Of a DNA stretch of 64,000 bases, positions 1 through 9,289 are shown in pieces. Position numbers and translations under genes: made by a program. Under the pieces are notes generated by a model. It was not told the origin of the DNA, ran no database searches, and worked only from the letters and a program-made list of their open reading frames with translations. Every line of letters begins with the position of its first letter. Position 1 is the stretch's first letter. Location: positions 321,334 to 385,333 of the IMG/VR virus record IMGVR_UViG_3300032288_004964. One strand, given 5' to 3'.

Positions 1-35
1 TATTAAAGAAGAAAACAAGTATATTTTCTACTAAT

Positions 36-158
36 ATGAAAAAACTTTGGAGATACCTATTTGTTGTTAAACCTGAAACAGGTGAAACACTACCCGTAGG
101 ATACTTTATCCTATTCATTATCCTAATAATTGGTGGATATTATATAACTAAAAACTAA
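36..158 (+). CDS. small membrane protein (40 aa, not in ORF track)
   Basis: Manual translation MKKLWRYLFVVKPETGETLPVGYFILFIILIIGGYYITKN; one hydrophobic helix. Confidence 0.6.
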   Translation: MKKLWRYLFVVKPETGETLPVGYFILFIILIIGGYYITKN

Positions 159-169
159 AACTAAAAACT

Positions 170-1252
170 ATGATTCATTACGACTTTAATGACATTCTAA
201 TTACGCCTGCTGTAACTTCAAGTATTAGATCAAGAAGTGAAATTAACCAACATCAAACTTTAATGGGTGAAACTAATTGGTTACCAGTTATTGTATCTCC
301 TATGGATACTGTTATTGGTCTAGATAACTGGGAACTTTATTTAGAAAATAAAATGCCTATTTGCTTTCCAAGAGGTATTTATCCAAGAACATATCCTGTT
401 CAATTTAGTGAAGATGATAGAGCAATGCTACAATGTTTTAAAGATGTAATCTTTTACTCATACTCTTTAGATGAAGCAAATGAATTAGTTCAATGGTTAA
501 TTAACAATCCTGGAAGTGATTTAGATGGTAATGTCCTAATTGATATCGCAAATGGTCATATGCAGCATATGGTTGATTTAGTTAAAGAACTCCGCAGTAG
601 AACAAAAATGAAGATTATGGTTGGTAATATTGCTAACCCTGATACTTATAAAGTTCTTTCCGAAGCAGGTGCTGATTTTATTAGAGTTGGTATTGGATTT
701 GGTGGTGGTTGTTTAACTGCTATGAATACTGGTGTTGGTTACTCTATGGCATCACTTGTTAAAAAGTGTGCTGATATTAAAGAACAAATGAGTTCAAATG
801 ATGAAAGAGTTGCTAGTATTGTAGCTGATGGTGGATTCCGTGAATATTCTGATATTATTAAAGCTCTGGCTTTAGGTGCGGATTATGTCATGTTGGGATC
901 TATCTTAAACAAATGTTTAGAATCTTCTGGTGATACTTATTGGAAAGGTATAAAGTTATCACCAGAGATTGCTAAATTTCTTTGGAAGAGAAAATTCAAA
1001 CTTGAAAAGAAATTCAGAGGAATGTCTACTAAAGAAGTTCAAAAGAAATGGGGTAAGAAAAAATTAACTACATCAGAGGGTGTGGTTAGAATGAGAACTG
1101 TAAAATATACACTTTCGGGTTGGAGAGAAAACTTTGAAGATTATTTAAAATCTACTATGTCTTATACTAATAGTCGGACATTAAATGACTTTATTGGGAA
1201 TGTTAAATGGACAATAATCTCTCAAAGCTCATTTAATAGATTTAATAAGTAA
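170..1252 (+). CDS. IMP dehydrogenase / GMP reductase family protein
   Basis: SPMDTV, IDIANGH, GADFIRVGIGFGGGCLT (catalytic Cys loop), IVADGG, ALALGADYVMLGS, FRGMST, SEG motifs. Confidence 0.9.
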   Translation: MIHYDFNDILITPAVTSSIRSRSEINQHQTLMGETNWLPVIVSPMDTVIGLDNWELYLENKMPICFPRGIYPRTYPVQFSEDDRAMLQCFKDVIFYSYSLDEANELVQWLINNPGSDLDGNVLIDIANGHMQHMVDLVKELRSRTKMKIMVGNIANPDTYKVLSEAGADFIRVGIGFGGGCLTAMNTGVGYSMASLVKKCADIKEQMSSNDERVASIVADGGFREYSDIIKALALGADYVMLGSILNKCLESSGDTYWKGIKLSPEIAKFLWKRKFKLEKKFRGMSTKEVQKKWGKKKLTTSEGVVRMRTVKYTLSGWRENFEDYLKSTMSYTNSRTLNDFIGNVKWTIISQSSFNRFNK

Positions 1253-1306
1253 ACTTAATATGATTTATTCATATAACTCTAAACAAATAAAAACAAATAA
1301 AAACAA

Positions 1307-1495
1307 ATGAAAAAAGGAACAGTAAAATTCTTTAACGAGACCAAGGGTTTCGGTTTTATTAAAGAAGAAAACGGACAGGACATTTTTGTTCATGTAACCG
1401 GATTAAAAGAAGATATTCGTGAAAATGACGAAGTTGTCTTTGATGTAGAAGAAGGAAAAAAAGGCTTAAACGCTATTAATGTAGCTTTAGCTTAA
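1307..1495 (+). CDS. cspA: cold-shock protein
   Basis: GTVKFFNETKGFGFI (RNP1), DIFVHVT (RNP2), KGLNAINV. Confidence 0.95.
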   Translation: MKKGTVKFFNETKGFGFIKEENGQDIFVHVTGLKEDIRENDEVVFDVEEGKKGLNAINVALA

Positions 1496-1519
1496 TTAAA
1501 ATATACTTACAATACAAAC

Positions 1520-1548
1520 AAAAAACCCACCTTATGGTGGGTTTTTTT
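1520..1548. terminator. bidirectional intrinsic terminator
   Basis: aaaaaacccacc-ttat-ggtgggtttttt between convergent genes. Confidence 0.85.
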
Positions 1549-1563
1549 ATTATAATGAGTAAT

Positions 1564-2364
1564 CTAGCGTTTCACCATAAAGAAGAAACTTGAATTTGAC
1601 ATACCATTAACTGATTCTTCAACTTCTTTAACCTCTGCTTGTCCTTGAGATACTAAATCAGCTGAATTGATTTTAACAGAACCTGGTAATGTATAATCAT
1701 ATCTACCAGTTAAGTTACCTAATTGTATCTTACTATATCCAACAACATACTTAAAAAATAAATCATCTCTAAATAAGTTTTCTTGAGGTATGTTAGCATA
1801 AGCCTCCATAATAACATCATATTTAACATTAGTTAAAATATGTAATCTATGATTTAATTGGTTAAAGTTATATTTAAGTGTATATTTATTTAATTGATTT
1901 AACATATCAGACATATTATCTAATATAGTTTTGTAAACACCTAACTCACCAATTGTAGTAACATAAGATGATAAATAAGGTTGATTAGTAACACCTAAGT
2001 TTACTGATAAATTTGGTTGGTTAATACCTAATTGAAAAAGAGAAGATCCTCTTACTTCATAAAGATAACTAACAGATTGAATTTCACAAGGAACATTTAC
2101 ATAGTTATATTTTGTAAATTCTTCAGAAAAGAAAGCTTCTTTAACTATAAGAAAATACATCTTTTGAACAGCATATTGATAATTACGGTAGAACCAAGGT
2201 AAGGCTCTGGTTTCAATAATTTGTCTAACATTATTATCTGGTAGTGTTCTAGGAAGAGCACAGGATATAGTTAATTCATTTTGAACTAAGTCTACTAATT
2301 CTTCTATTGTATAACCCCCTTGATAAGGAACATAACTATTACCGTATCCATTAACATCTGACAT
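1564..2364 (-). CDS. T4 gp13-like neck / head-tail adaptor protein
   Basis: C-terminal YVVGYSKIQLGNLTGRYDYTLPGSVKINSADLVSQGQAEVKEVEE matches the gp13 pattern (QWGxNLxKFxGxxLPGGVxxNG...A..E..E). Confidence 0.7.
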   Translation of the reverse strand: MSDVNGYGNSYVPYQGGYTIEELVDLVQNELTISCALPRTLPDNNVRQIIETRALPWFYRNYQYAVQKMYFLIVKEAFFSEEFTKYNYVNVPCEIQSVSYLYEVRGSSLFQLGINQPNLSVNLGVTNQPYLSSYVTTIGELGVYKTILDNMSDMLNQLNKYTLKYNFNQLNHRLHILTNVKYDVIMEAYANIPQENLFRDDLFFKYVVGYSKIQLGNLTGRYDYTLPGSVKINSADLVSQGQAEVKEVEESVNGMSNSSFFFMVKR

Positions 2365-2417
2365 AAAAATAATTTCTTTTGTTTATATATTAATTTGGCA
2401 ACCTCACTTATTATTTG

Positions 2418-2425
2418 TATATTTG
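2418..2425 (+). promoter_or_regulatory. Bacteroidota sigma70-type -7 element
   Basis: TATATTTG; TTTG at 2394-2397 with 20-nt spacer; ATG follows after a 4-nt gap. Confidence 0.8.
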
Positions 2426-2429
2426 AAGT

Positions 2430-2615
2430 ATGAAAACAGGGAAAATAATCATCGGTAAAGTTACATTTGAGGATATCATGAAAGCTAATAAAAAAGCTTC
2501 AAGAGAAATGAATTTAGAGAATTCTACTGGTTGGAACTCTGTTAGAAAAACTCATAAATCTGTTAAAGATTATACCCGTAAACCTAAGCATAAAAAAAGC
2601 TATTCATTTGAATAG
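2430..2615 (+). CDS. small basic protein, possible ArfA-like ribosome rescue factor
   Basis: HKSVKDYTRKPKHK resembles ArfA KGSYxRKxKH; ends in TAG. Confidence 0.4.
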   Translation: MKTGKIIIGKVTFEDIMKANKKASREMNLENSTGWNSVRKTHKSVKDYTRKPKHKKSYSFE

Positions 2616-2623
2616 CCTTCTAT

Positions 2624-3682
2624 TTATACTGTAAAGTTTTTCGATCCTTTTAATTTCTCAAGAGTGTGTTTCTCATCAAGTTCTATGTTTTTAGGTATTC
2701 TAACATATATCTTAACATAAAGATCACCTAATCCATAATGAACATCAGGTATTCCTTTACCATTTACTCTATAAATCTTACCGTGTTCTGTTCCAGGTTC
2801 AATAGCTATTGTTAAGTCACCATGTGGTGTTTTAACTTTAACATTAGCACCAAGTATAGCATCTAAAACCGAAATAGTTTTTTCAATGTTAATATTGTTT
2901 CTATCTCTTGTAAAATATGTTTCTTTTATTTCTTCTATTATAATTTGAAGATTTCCAGGTAACCCATTTCTAGTGTAGTTACCAAATCCATTCATTGTTA
3001 GCTGAATATCATTTGAAACCCCTGCTGGTATTTCTACATCAACTGTTTGTTCTTTTGAAACAGTACCATCACCGTGACAATCACCACATTTACTTTTTAT
3101 TTGCTTACCTGATCCACCACAATCTGGACAAGTTGTAGCTGTTCTAATCTGACCAAATGGTGTGTTTTGAATAACGGTTCTTTGTCCTACACCATTACAA
3201 GGTAAACAATCCTTAACATCTGTTCCTCCTTGACCAGAACATTTTTCGCATCTATCTTGTCTTCTATACTTTAACTTCTTATTAGTACCTTTAAGAATTT
3301 CATCTATTGTTAAACTAACTTTAATTCTCAAATCAGAGCCTTTTGTTTGCCTAGGTTGTCTATTATATCTTTGACCAAAGATATCACCAAATTGACTAAA
3401 AATGTCATCCATGTTGAAACCATGACCTTGTTGACTAAATGGATTTCCTCCACCAAATGGATTACCGGATGCCGATCCAAATCTATCATAGTTTGATTTT
3501 TTTTCAGGATTTGACAATGTGTCATATGCCTCAGCAGCATCTTTGAATTTAGCTTCTGCTTCAGGGTTATCAGGGTTTTTATCGGGGTGATATTGCATAG
3601 CCATCTTTCGATAAGCCTTTTTAATCTCATCATCAGATGCACCCTTATCTACGCCTAGTATGTTATAATAATCTTTACTCAT
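2624..3682 (-). CDS. dnaJ: DnaJ chaperone
   Basis: J-domain with HPD, G/F region, four CxxCxGxG repeats, C-terminal GDLYV. Confidence 0.97.
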   Translation of the reverse strand: MSKDYYNILGVDKGASDDEIKKAYRKMAMQYHPDKNPDNPEAEAKFKDAAEAYDTLSNPEKKSNYDRFGSASGNPFGGGNPFSQQGHGFNMDDIFSQFGDIFGQRYNRQPRQTKGSDLRIKVSLTIDEILKGTNKKLKYRRQDRCEKCSGQGGTDVKDCLPCNGVGQRTVIQNTPFGQIRTATTCPDCGGSGKQIKSKCGDCHGDGTVSKEQTVDVEIPAGVSNDIQLTMNGFGNYTRNGLPGNLQIIIEEIKETYFTRDRNNINIEKTISVLDAILGANVKVKTPHGDLTIAIEPGTEHGKIYRVNGKGIPDVHYGLGDLYVKIYVRIPKNIELDEKHTLEKLKGSKNFTV

Positions 3683-3691
3683 AATTTTTTC

Positions 3692-3712
3692 TTATATCAA
3701 ATTTTATGCCAA
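3692..3712 (-). promoter_or_regulatory. sigma54-like -24/-12 box upstream of dnaJ
   Basis: TTGGCATAAAATTTGATATAA (GG-N10-GA); 16/21 identical to the box upstream of dnaK. Confidence 0.55.
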
Positions 3713-4018
3713 TATTTTGGATAAGACTAATTCTCTTTTAATTGATTTAAGTCCATCATCAAATCTTATTTGTGTGTAACTGTTATATTTAATCCAGAAA
3801 TCATCTGGGTGTGTATAACAATCTTTTTTTGTTTTTAATGTTAAGAATGGTAGTTCTTCAACAATCTCTTTAAATACTGTTAGAATATCAACATCACTAT
3901 AGTATTCCATTTCTGATAATCTATTACAAAAATAATCCATACAAGGTTGGACATTTCTTTGAACAACCTCTAAGTATTTCTTTTCAGTTTTAGATGAATC
4001 TATGTACCAATTTAACAT
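3704..4018 (-). CDS. hypothetical protein with C-terminal tail motif
   Basis: ends IKRELVLSKILA. Confidence 0.75.
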   Translation of the reverse strand: MLNWYIDSSKTEKKYLEVVQRNVQPCMDYFCNRLSEMEYYSDVDILTVFKEIVEELPFLTLKTKKDCYTHPDDFWIKYNSYTQIRFDDGLKSIKRELVLSKILA

Positions 4019-4548
4019 CTTATAATATTTTTAATCTTTATATCTCTTTCTCTTTGTAACTTAATACTAGCTATTTCTTTTTCAATATCATTACACTCTT
4101 TTGTTTTTTCAACTAAATGTGCAATGTAATTATCAACTATTAATGTTAATGTTTCAACTGTTCTATCTAATTTATCAAAGTGTATTAAAGATGATTTGGT
4201 CTTCTTCAACATATCTACTAAGTAATTTAAAAAGTCATCTATATCAAAGTATAACTGAAACAACTCCAATCTTCTATCTCTTAAAAGAGATGGTGGTGTT
4301 ATGTAAACTTTTGCCCAAACTCTCCTAATAGAAGGTAGTATTAAATCTAAAGTTTCAGTTTCATCATCATTATATAAACAACCCTTAAATTCTTCTGTGT
4401 CAAATAAAGTATATTTTTCATTAACAATACTATTTAAAACAGATTCAAATTCATTTACATTTGTAATTCCTTCCAAAAGAGTCTTAAAAAGTAGGCTCTT
4501 ATATTTTGGGTGATTTTTTATCTCTAAAAATGGTATCTTTTCTGACAT
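4012..4548 (-). CDS. hypothetical protein with C-terminal tail motif; capsid-like internal segment
   Basis: LLEGI...LILPSIRRVWAKV; ends RERDIKIKNIIRC. Confidence 0.7.
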   Translation of the reverse strand: MSEKIPFLEIKNHPKYKSLLFKTLLEGITNVNEFESVLNSIVNEKYTLFDTEEFKGCLYNDDETETLDLILPSIRRVWAKVYITPPSLLRDRRLELFQLYFDIDDFLNYLVDMLKKTKSSLIHFDKLDRTVETLTLIVDNYIAHLVEKTKECNDIEKEIASIKLQRERDIKIKNIIRC

Positions 4549-5024
4549 TACTTACCTAAAATAATTTTTGGAAAACGGAATGGTTTTCCATTTAATGAAT
4601 AACCTTTACTAACAACATCAATAATTTTTGATTCACCGATTTCCATAACTTGAATTACTTCATGTATATCTTCATCATATTTTTCAGTTTGAATAACTTC
4701 AATGTTGTGTGACTTCAAAAATGTTTCTAATTTCTGAGCAATTAATTTAACACCACTTTTTGCTGATTCATCTTTGATATTTTTTAGAGCAATAGATAAA
4801 TCATTATCCATGTCAAGAATAGATGATATCATAGAAACCTTTGTATTGTTTTTGATATCTTCTTTTTCTTTAGTCATTCTTCTTTTGTAAGTTTCAAAAT
4901 CAGCATAAAGTCTAACATACTTATCTTCTGATTCTGTTAGTTTTGCTTCTAACTCTTGATACTTCGAAAGTAACTCATCAAAAGGAGTTACAATTCTTTC
5001 CGCGTTTTCTGTATTTTCTTCCAT
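4548..5024 (-). CDS. grpE: GrpE nucleotide exchange factor
   Basis: YVRLYADFETYKRR, DEDIHEVI, VVSKGYSLNGKPFRFPKI. Confidence 0.93.
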   Translation of the reverse strand: MEENTENAERIVTPFDELLSKYQELEAKLTESEDKYVRLYADFETYKRRMTKEKEDIKNNTKVSMISSILDMDNDLSIALKNIKDESAKSGVKLIAQKLETFLKSHNIEVIQTEKYDEDIHEVIQVMEIGESKIIDVVSKGYSLNGKPFRFPKIILGK

Positions 5025-5026
5025 AA

Positions 5027-5317
5027 TTATTGTAATACTTTTTCTAATTTTTCATTTCTTTCCCACCATTTAATATTATCATCAACTGTCCTAACAAAAA
5101 TAGGATCTAATTTTTGAATGTGATGTAACATCTTTGATTTAAATTTTTCCCAATATTCTTTACCAAACATTTCTAAGTTGGTAATTAAAATTGAGTATTG
5201 AATAATCTCAGAATCAGTTAAGTAAAGTTGAATACTTGTTCCTAATATTAAACAATTGTAATAATCTTTTCTTTCATTGAAGTTAAGACTTCCTCCAATA
5301 ATATCTAAATTAGCCAT
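5027..5317 (-). CDS. hypothetical protein with C-terminal tail motif
   Basis: ends WERNEKLEKVLQ. Confidence 0.75.
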   Translation of the reverse strand: MANLDIIGGSLNFNERKDYYNCLILGTSIQLYLTDSEIIQYSILITNLEMFGKEYWEKFKSKMLHHIQKLDPIFVRTVDDNIKWWERNEKLEKVLQ

Positions 5318-5802
5318 TAATAATTGAATTTAAGTAGTTTTTTAACATTGTTTGCTCCATAAAATTCATAAGTAACATTCTTATCAACAATTTTATGAAT
5401 CTCTAATTTCTCAATTTCCAGTTTAATAATATCTATGTATTCAACTAAATCTTTAAGAGCCTTTGTATATAATAGATTTGGTTCCCAATAGTCAGGAAAT
5501 TTATCTACAAATTTATCCACCGCATAATCAAATGTTTTCTTTCTAACAAGTAATAAGTCTTTTTCCTTAATAGATTTATTTGTCAAGAACTCCATTACAT
5601 AAGTGTTGAATTTATGAATTAAGTTATCAGTTTCAATTACTTTTAACAAACCAATTACAAGTGCATCTCTTTCAGATATTTCTAACTCTTTATTTTCTTT
5701 AAGAATTTTTTCGGCTTCTTTTTCAGAACCAACAATGTAGTAAACATAATGGTCCCAAACACATCTTTTTACAATATCTTCAGGGTATATTGATATTTTC
5801 AT
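5317..5802 (-). CDS. hypothetical protein
   Basis: 161-aa ORF coupled to the downstream gene. Confidence 0.75.
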   Translation of the reverse strand: MKISIYPEDIVKRCVWDHYVYYIVGSEKEAEKILKENKELEISERDALVIGLLKVIETDNLIHKFNTYVMEFLTNKSIKEKDLLLVRKKTFDYAVDKFVDKFPDYWEPNLLYTKALKDLVEYIDIIKLEIEKLEIHKIVDKNVTYEFYGANNVKKLLKFNY

Positions 5803-5942
5803 ATTTAAGTATTATTTTTTTAGTTATAGGTTATAAGACCTATAAAGTTTAGGCAATTTACCTATACAGAAATTTATTAAAAATATTTAAAAAGTTGATA
5901 AAAAAATAGAATATATAATGCACTTTTATTTAATAAATTTCT

Positions 5943-5950
5943 TATATTTG
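5943..5950 (+). promoter_or_regulatory. Bacteroidota -7 element
   Basis: TATATTTG upstream of ATG 5975. Confidence 0.7.
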
Positions 5951-5974
5951 TATAAATAAAAACCGACAAAAAAA

Positions 5975-6220
5975 ATGTTAAATCAATTGAAAAAACTTGT
6001 AAATTCAGAAGTAGATACCCCTGACGGTGAGGCTACTCTTAATGATGTTTATGTAACTGAGCTTGGTTACATTATGGCTAAAATTTGGTATCCAAAAAAA
6101 CAATGTTGGATTAACCATAAAATAGGAGACTTAAAAAATTTACTTAATGAAGTAGATGTAAAAATAAAGTCTGATTTAACAAAAAAGATACAAATAAAAT
6201 TAAAAAAAGAGTTAGCTTAA
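5975..6220 (+). CDS. hypothetical protein
   Basis: 81-aa ORF behind a TAnnTTTG promoter. Confidence 0.7.
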   Translation: MLNQLKKLVNSEVDTPDGEATLNDVYVTELGYIMAKIWYPKKQCWINHKIGDLKNLLNEVDVKIKSDLTKKIQIKLKKELA

Positions 6221-6230
6221 GCTAACTCTT

Positions 6231-6665
6231 TTATATTGCTTTGAAAGCAAAAGTAATTGAATCTATTTTAAAGTTGTCTGGTAATACATCAACTGATTTA
6301 TAATAGGTATAATTTGGTATTTTTACAACATAAATATATTCTAGTTCTAAACCTAATTCATCTTTAGAATAAGATTCAGCAAATCTTAAAGTTTCTTTTA
6401 TTTCATCTATGTTAAATTCTTTTAGAGTTGGTCCATTATGAGTCATAACCCTTTTCTCAATTTTAACATCAATAGTTTTAATAGTATAGTTTTTAGTTTC
6501 TAAGTTCCAGGAACCAAAAGAATCAGATTTTGAAAAATCCATTTTTTGAGAAGTAGATTCTTTCACACTAACTCTAAATCCTTCATCTTGTAACTCTAAG
6601 AATAACTCTTTGAACCAATCAAATTGATTAGACTCAAATATCTTATAATTTTTTAAGTATCTCAT
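6231..6665 (-). CDS. putative internal virion protein (N-terminal tag, ELxDEGF module)
   Basis: MRYLKNYKIFES; FLELQDEGFRV; TTATATATAC 3 nt before ATG. Confidence 0.7.
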   Translation of the reverse strand: MRYLKNYKIFESNQFDWFKELFLELQDEGFRVSVKESTSQKMDFSKSDSFGSWNLETKNYTIKTIDVKIEKRVMTHNGPTLKEFNIDEIKETLRFAESYSKDELGLELEYIYVVKIPNYTYYKSVDVLPDNFKIDSITFAFKAI

Positions 6666-6691
6666 TAAGTATATATAAAATATCTTAAAAT

Positions 6692-6719
6692 AAAAAACCC
6701 TACTTAAAGTAGGGTTTTT
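6692..6719. terminator. intrinsic terminator
   Basis: aaaaaaccctact-taa-agtagggtttt. Confidence 0.8.
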
Positions 6720-6721
6720 AA

Positions 6722-7021
6722 TTAGTCAAAATAAATTTCTGATTGCTCATCTGTGATTTTTTCACGGATTACATCTTGTTGATTCAACTCATCATATAAA
6801 TCAGAATAATACTCATCATTAGTAGGTTTCATATCAGACGCATTTGATAAGATATAATCTTTCATTTCTTCTTCAGTCATTCCTTCTAATTCTGGATAAT
6901 CTTCTACATTTAACTCAACAGATTCGTGACTTACAAAAGTAGAGTAAGATTCTGTCATTCGAACAGAAATTGTTTTTGGAGATTCTACTTTTTTAGATGT
7001 TTCTTTTTTAGTTTTTCCCAT
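6722..7021 (-). CDS. acidic hypothetical protein
   Basis: basic N-terminus then D/E-rich body. Confidence 0.75.
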   Translation of the reverse strand: MGKTKKETSKKVESPKTISVRMTESYSTFVSHESVELNVEDYPELEGMTEEEMKDYILSNASDMKPTNDEYYSDLYDELNQQDVIREKITDEQSEIYFD

Positions 7022-7096
7022 AATTAAATTTTTATTAGTTTATAAATATTATATAAATCACTTTAGAATTTGTTTTTTTATGATAAGATTTTTTTG

Positions 7097-7104
7097 TATA
7101 TTTG
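7097..7104 (+). promoter_or_regulatory. Bacteroidota -7 element
   Basis: TATATTTG-tagt-ATG(7109). Confidence 0.8.
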
Positions 7105-7108
7105 TAGT

Positions 7109-7525
7109 ATGATAAACGAAACAAAGATTAACTCTATTCAAGAAAAGCTTAAAAAAGCTATCGCTCTTATTGAGAAAGAAGAAAATGTTAAGATTGATTT
7201 TGGCTCAATCTCATTTAATGTTGCTCAATATAGAGCCTCAATGACTGTATCATCACTTGATAAAAGTGAAAAGGTTGAGAAAGTTTATGAATCTGTCTGT
7301 CGTAGATTAGGTTTCACTCAGAATATTATTGGAATGAAATTTGAATCCAGTGGTATGATTTATGAAATAACTGATATAAAAACAAAAAATAGAAAATATC
7401 CAGTTATCGCCAAATCACCAAAGGGTAATTCTTATAAATACTCAGTTGATCATATTAAAAGATTAATTGGTGGTGATAAGATTATAAATAGAAATAAAAA
7501 CTTAGATAAATTACTTGGAGACTAA
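7109..7525 (+). CDS. hypothetical protein with C-terminal tail motif (start revised from 7070)
   Basis: ATG after a 4-nt gap from the promoter; ends INRNKNLDKLLGD. Confidence 0.75.
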   Translation: MINETKINSIQEKLKKAIALIEKEENVKIDFGSISFNVAQYRASMTVSSLDKSEKVEKVYESVCRRLGFTQNIIGMKFESSGMIYEITDIKTKNRKYPVIAKSPKGNSYKYSVDHIKRLIGGDKIINRNKNLDKLLGD

Positions 7526-7754
7526 CATATCATATAAGGTAGCAAATACTAAACTTTATAGAGAATCTAAAGAACTAAAACTTGAATTTCTTTATGAAAC
7601 AGGAGATGCTGCTTATTTTTGTTTAGATGATGGTGGTTATCTTTATTATCTAATAGAAACATTTACCAATGGAAAAATTATGGTATTAGATGAGGATAGT
7701 CATGTTTATTATGACAATAATAGAATATTAAACCTTTTAAGATTAAAGGTTTAG
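7515..7754 (+). CDS. hypothetical protein
   Basis: 79-aa ORF overlapping the upstream stop; ends in TAG. Confidence 0.65.
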   Translation: METNISYKVANTKLYRESKELKLEFLYETGDAAYFCLDDGGYLYYLIETFTNGKIMVLDEDSHVYYDNNRILNLLRLKV

Positions 7755-8569
7755 TTAAACTTTTGCATATACTTTAACTCATATCTATCTATGAATTTAA
7801 GTTTACCACTTTCATGTAGCTCTTTGATTAAATCATCACTTACCCTAACAGGATCAATCATTTCATAAATATAACCATTTTCTTTACAAAAATCCTCAGC
7901 ATATTTTCTTTTACATTCAACATTTTTTGAATTAAAAAGATGTTTTGGTTTACATTCTGTTATTTTATTCTCTGATGGGATAAAAAAGTCTGGATAGTAA
8001 TTCCTTGGTTTATTATCCCAATCAATATATTTAATTCTGAATTTTTTACACTCAGCACTTTGAAACTCTATATTATTCTTTTCAAATGTTATCATACAAG
8101 ATAATTCTTTAAGACTTTTAAAGAATATATCATTATACCAACCACTCCAACCATTACCACTACCATTTGGTGATGGTTTACCATACATATTATTTTTAGA
8201 ACCAGAGTTTCCAATTGAATGTTTCTTTTTATATTCTATCATTTTCTGGTCAGCTGTTTCTTTACCATATTTATATACCCATATATCATAAAAACTCTTA
8301 CCATACATTGGATTATTTTTACCTGATGATATCTTGGACATTTTATCTCTAAACTCTTCTGTTCTATATTTATCTATATTTAGTTTATTAGTTAATACTA
8401 TTTTATCTATAACCTCTTTACTGTGTGACTTCCTATAGAATGGATTATTCTCACCTTTATTACAACATGATCTACAAAGGCTTCTTTTTTCCTTAGCACT
8501 AATCATGTTTTTTAAATTTTTATGTTTTACTTCTTTAAAACATTTTGGACACTCTCTAATATATTCCAT
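7751..8569 (-). CDS. homing endonuclease-like: Zn finger, NUMOD3 repeats, TnsA-like PD-(D/E)XK domain
   Basis: CPKC...CRSC, NNPFYRK/NNPMYGK/NNMYGK repeats, RNYYPDFF...ECKP; TAATATATAC 3 nt before ATG. Confidence 0.8.
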   Translation of the reverse strand: MEYIRECPKCFKEVKHKNLKNMISAKEKRSLCRSCCNKGENNPFYRKSHSKEVIDKIVLTNKLNIDKYRTEEFRDKMSKISSGKNNPMYGKSFYDIWVYKYGKETADQKMIEYKKKHSIGNSGSKNNMYGKPSPNGSGNGWSGWYNDIFFKSLKELSCMITFEKNNIEFQSAECKKFRIKYIDWDNKPRNYYPDFFIPSENKITECKPKHLFNSKNVECKRKYAEDFCKENGYIYEMIDPVRVSDDLIKELHESGKLKFIDRYELKYMQKFN

Positions 8570-8624
8570 ATAGTATATATTAAAATAATGGGTCCTCTTG
8601 GTGTGTTTCTTATTTATTTTTTTG

Positions 8625-8632
8625 TATATTTG
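8625..8632 (+). promoter_or_regulatory. Bacteroidota -7 element
   Basis: TATATTTG upstream of adk. Confidence 0.7.
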
Positions 8633-8652
8633 TTAAAAATAAATTATTAATT

Positions 8653-9246
8653 ATGAATATTGTTATACTTGGGGGACCAGGGAGTGGAAAAGGAACTATC
8701 TGTGAAAAACTTGTAGAAGAGTTTAATTATAAAATGGTTTGTGCTGGTGACTTACTTAGAGAAGAAAAAGCATCTGGTTCAGAATTAGGAAAGCAAATTG
8801 CTAAATTGATTGATGCTGGTAACTTAGTTCCTGATAATGTTATAACTGACATTATCTATAATGAATTTAGGAAACCTATTAGACTTGGTAAATTCTTTTT
8901 AGTAGATGGTTACCCAAGAAGTATAAAACAAGCAATTAGTCTAAGTCAAATGATTAATGTTCAAATTGTTCTTTGGTTAGAAGTAAGTGATGAAACAACT
9001 ATTAAAAGAAATTTGAATAGAGGTTTAACATCAGGTAGACCAGATGATGCAAATGAAGAAATCATTAAAAAGAGACTAGAAAATTATAAAGAAATGTCAG
9101 TTCCTATTAAAAGGTATTACAATGACTGTATTGTAGAGATTGATGGTGAGGGAACACCAGATGAAGTTTATCAAAGGATTATAGACACCTTGTTTGAAAA
9201 TGTAAGAGAACCAAGAGATGTCACTGATATTTTAGATGAAGAGTAA
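8653..9246 (+). CDS. adk: adenylate kinase
   Basis: LGGPGSGKGT P-loop, AGDLLREE, GNLVPD, DGYPRS, GRPDD. Confidence 0.93.
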   Translation: MNIVILGGPGSGKGTICEKLVEEFNYKMVCAGDLLREEKASGSELGKQIAKLIDAGNLVPDNVITDIIYNEFRKPIRLGKFFLVDGYPRSIKQAISLSQMINVQIVLWLEVSDETTIKRNLNRGLTSGRPDDANEEIIKKRLENYKEMSVPIKRYYNDCIVEIDGEGTPDEVYQRIIDTLFENVREPRDVTDILDEE

Positions 9247-9250
9247 AATG

Positions 9251-9274
9251 AAATCCAGATTTAATCTGGATTTT
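9251..9274 (+). terminator. hairpin terminator after adk
   Basis: aaatccagat-tta-atctggatttt. Confidence 0.65.
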
Positions 9275-9275
9275 T

Positions 9276-9285
9276 TAATATATAA
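9276..9285 (+). promoter_or_regulatory. late-promoter-like box
   Basis: TAATATATAA-agta-ATG(9290). Confidence 0.65.
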
Positions 9286-9289
9286 AGTA

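Noticed and set aside
170-1252. Inactive IMPDH/GMPR because of the GFGGGC loop variant
   Set aside because: The catalytic Cys and the ADGG/MLGS motifs are retained, so there is no evidence of inactivation
5824-5845. Hairpin ttataggt-tataag-acctataa
   Set aside because: AT-rich 8-bp stem with no second copy; chance occurrence is plausible
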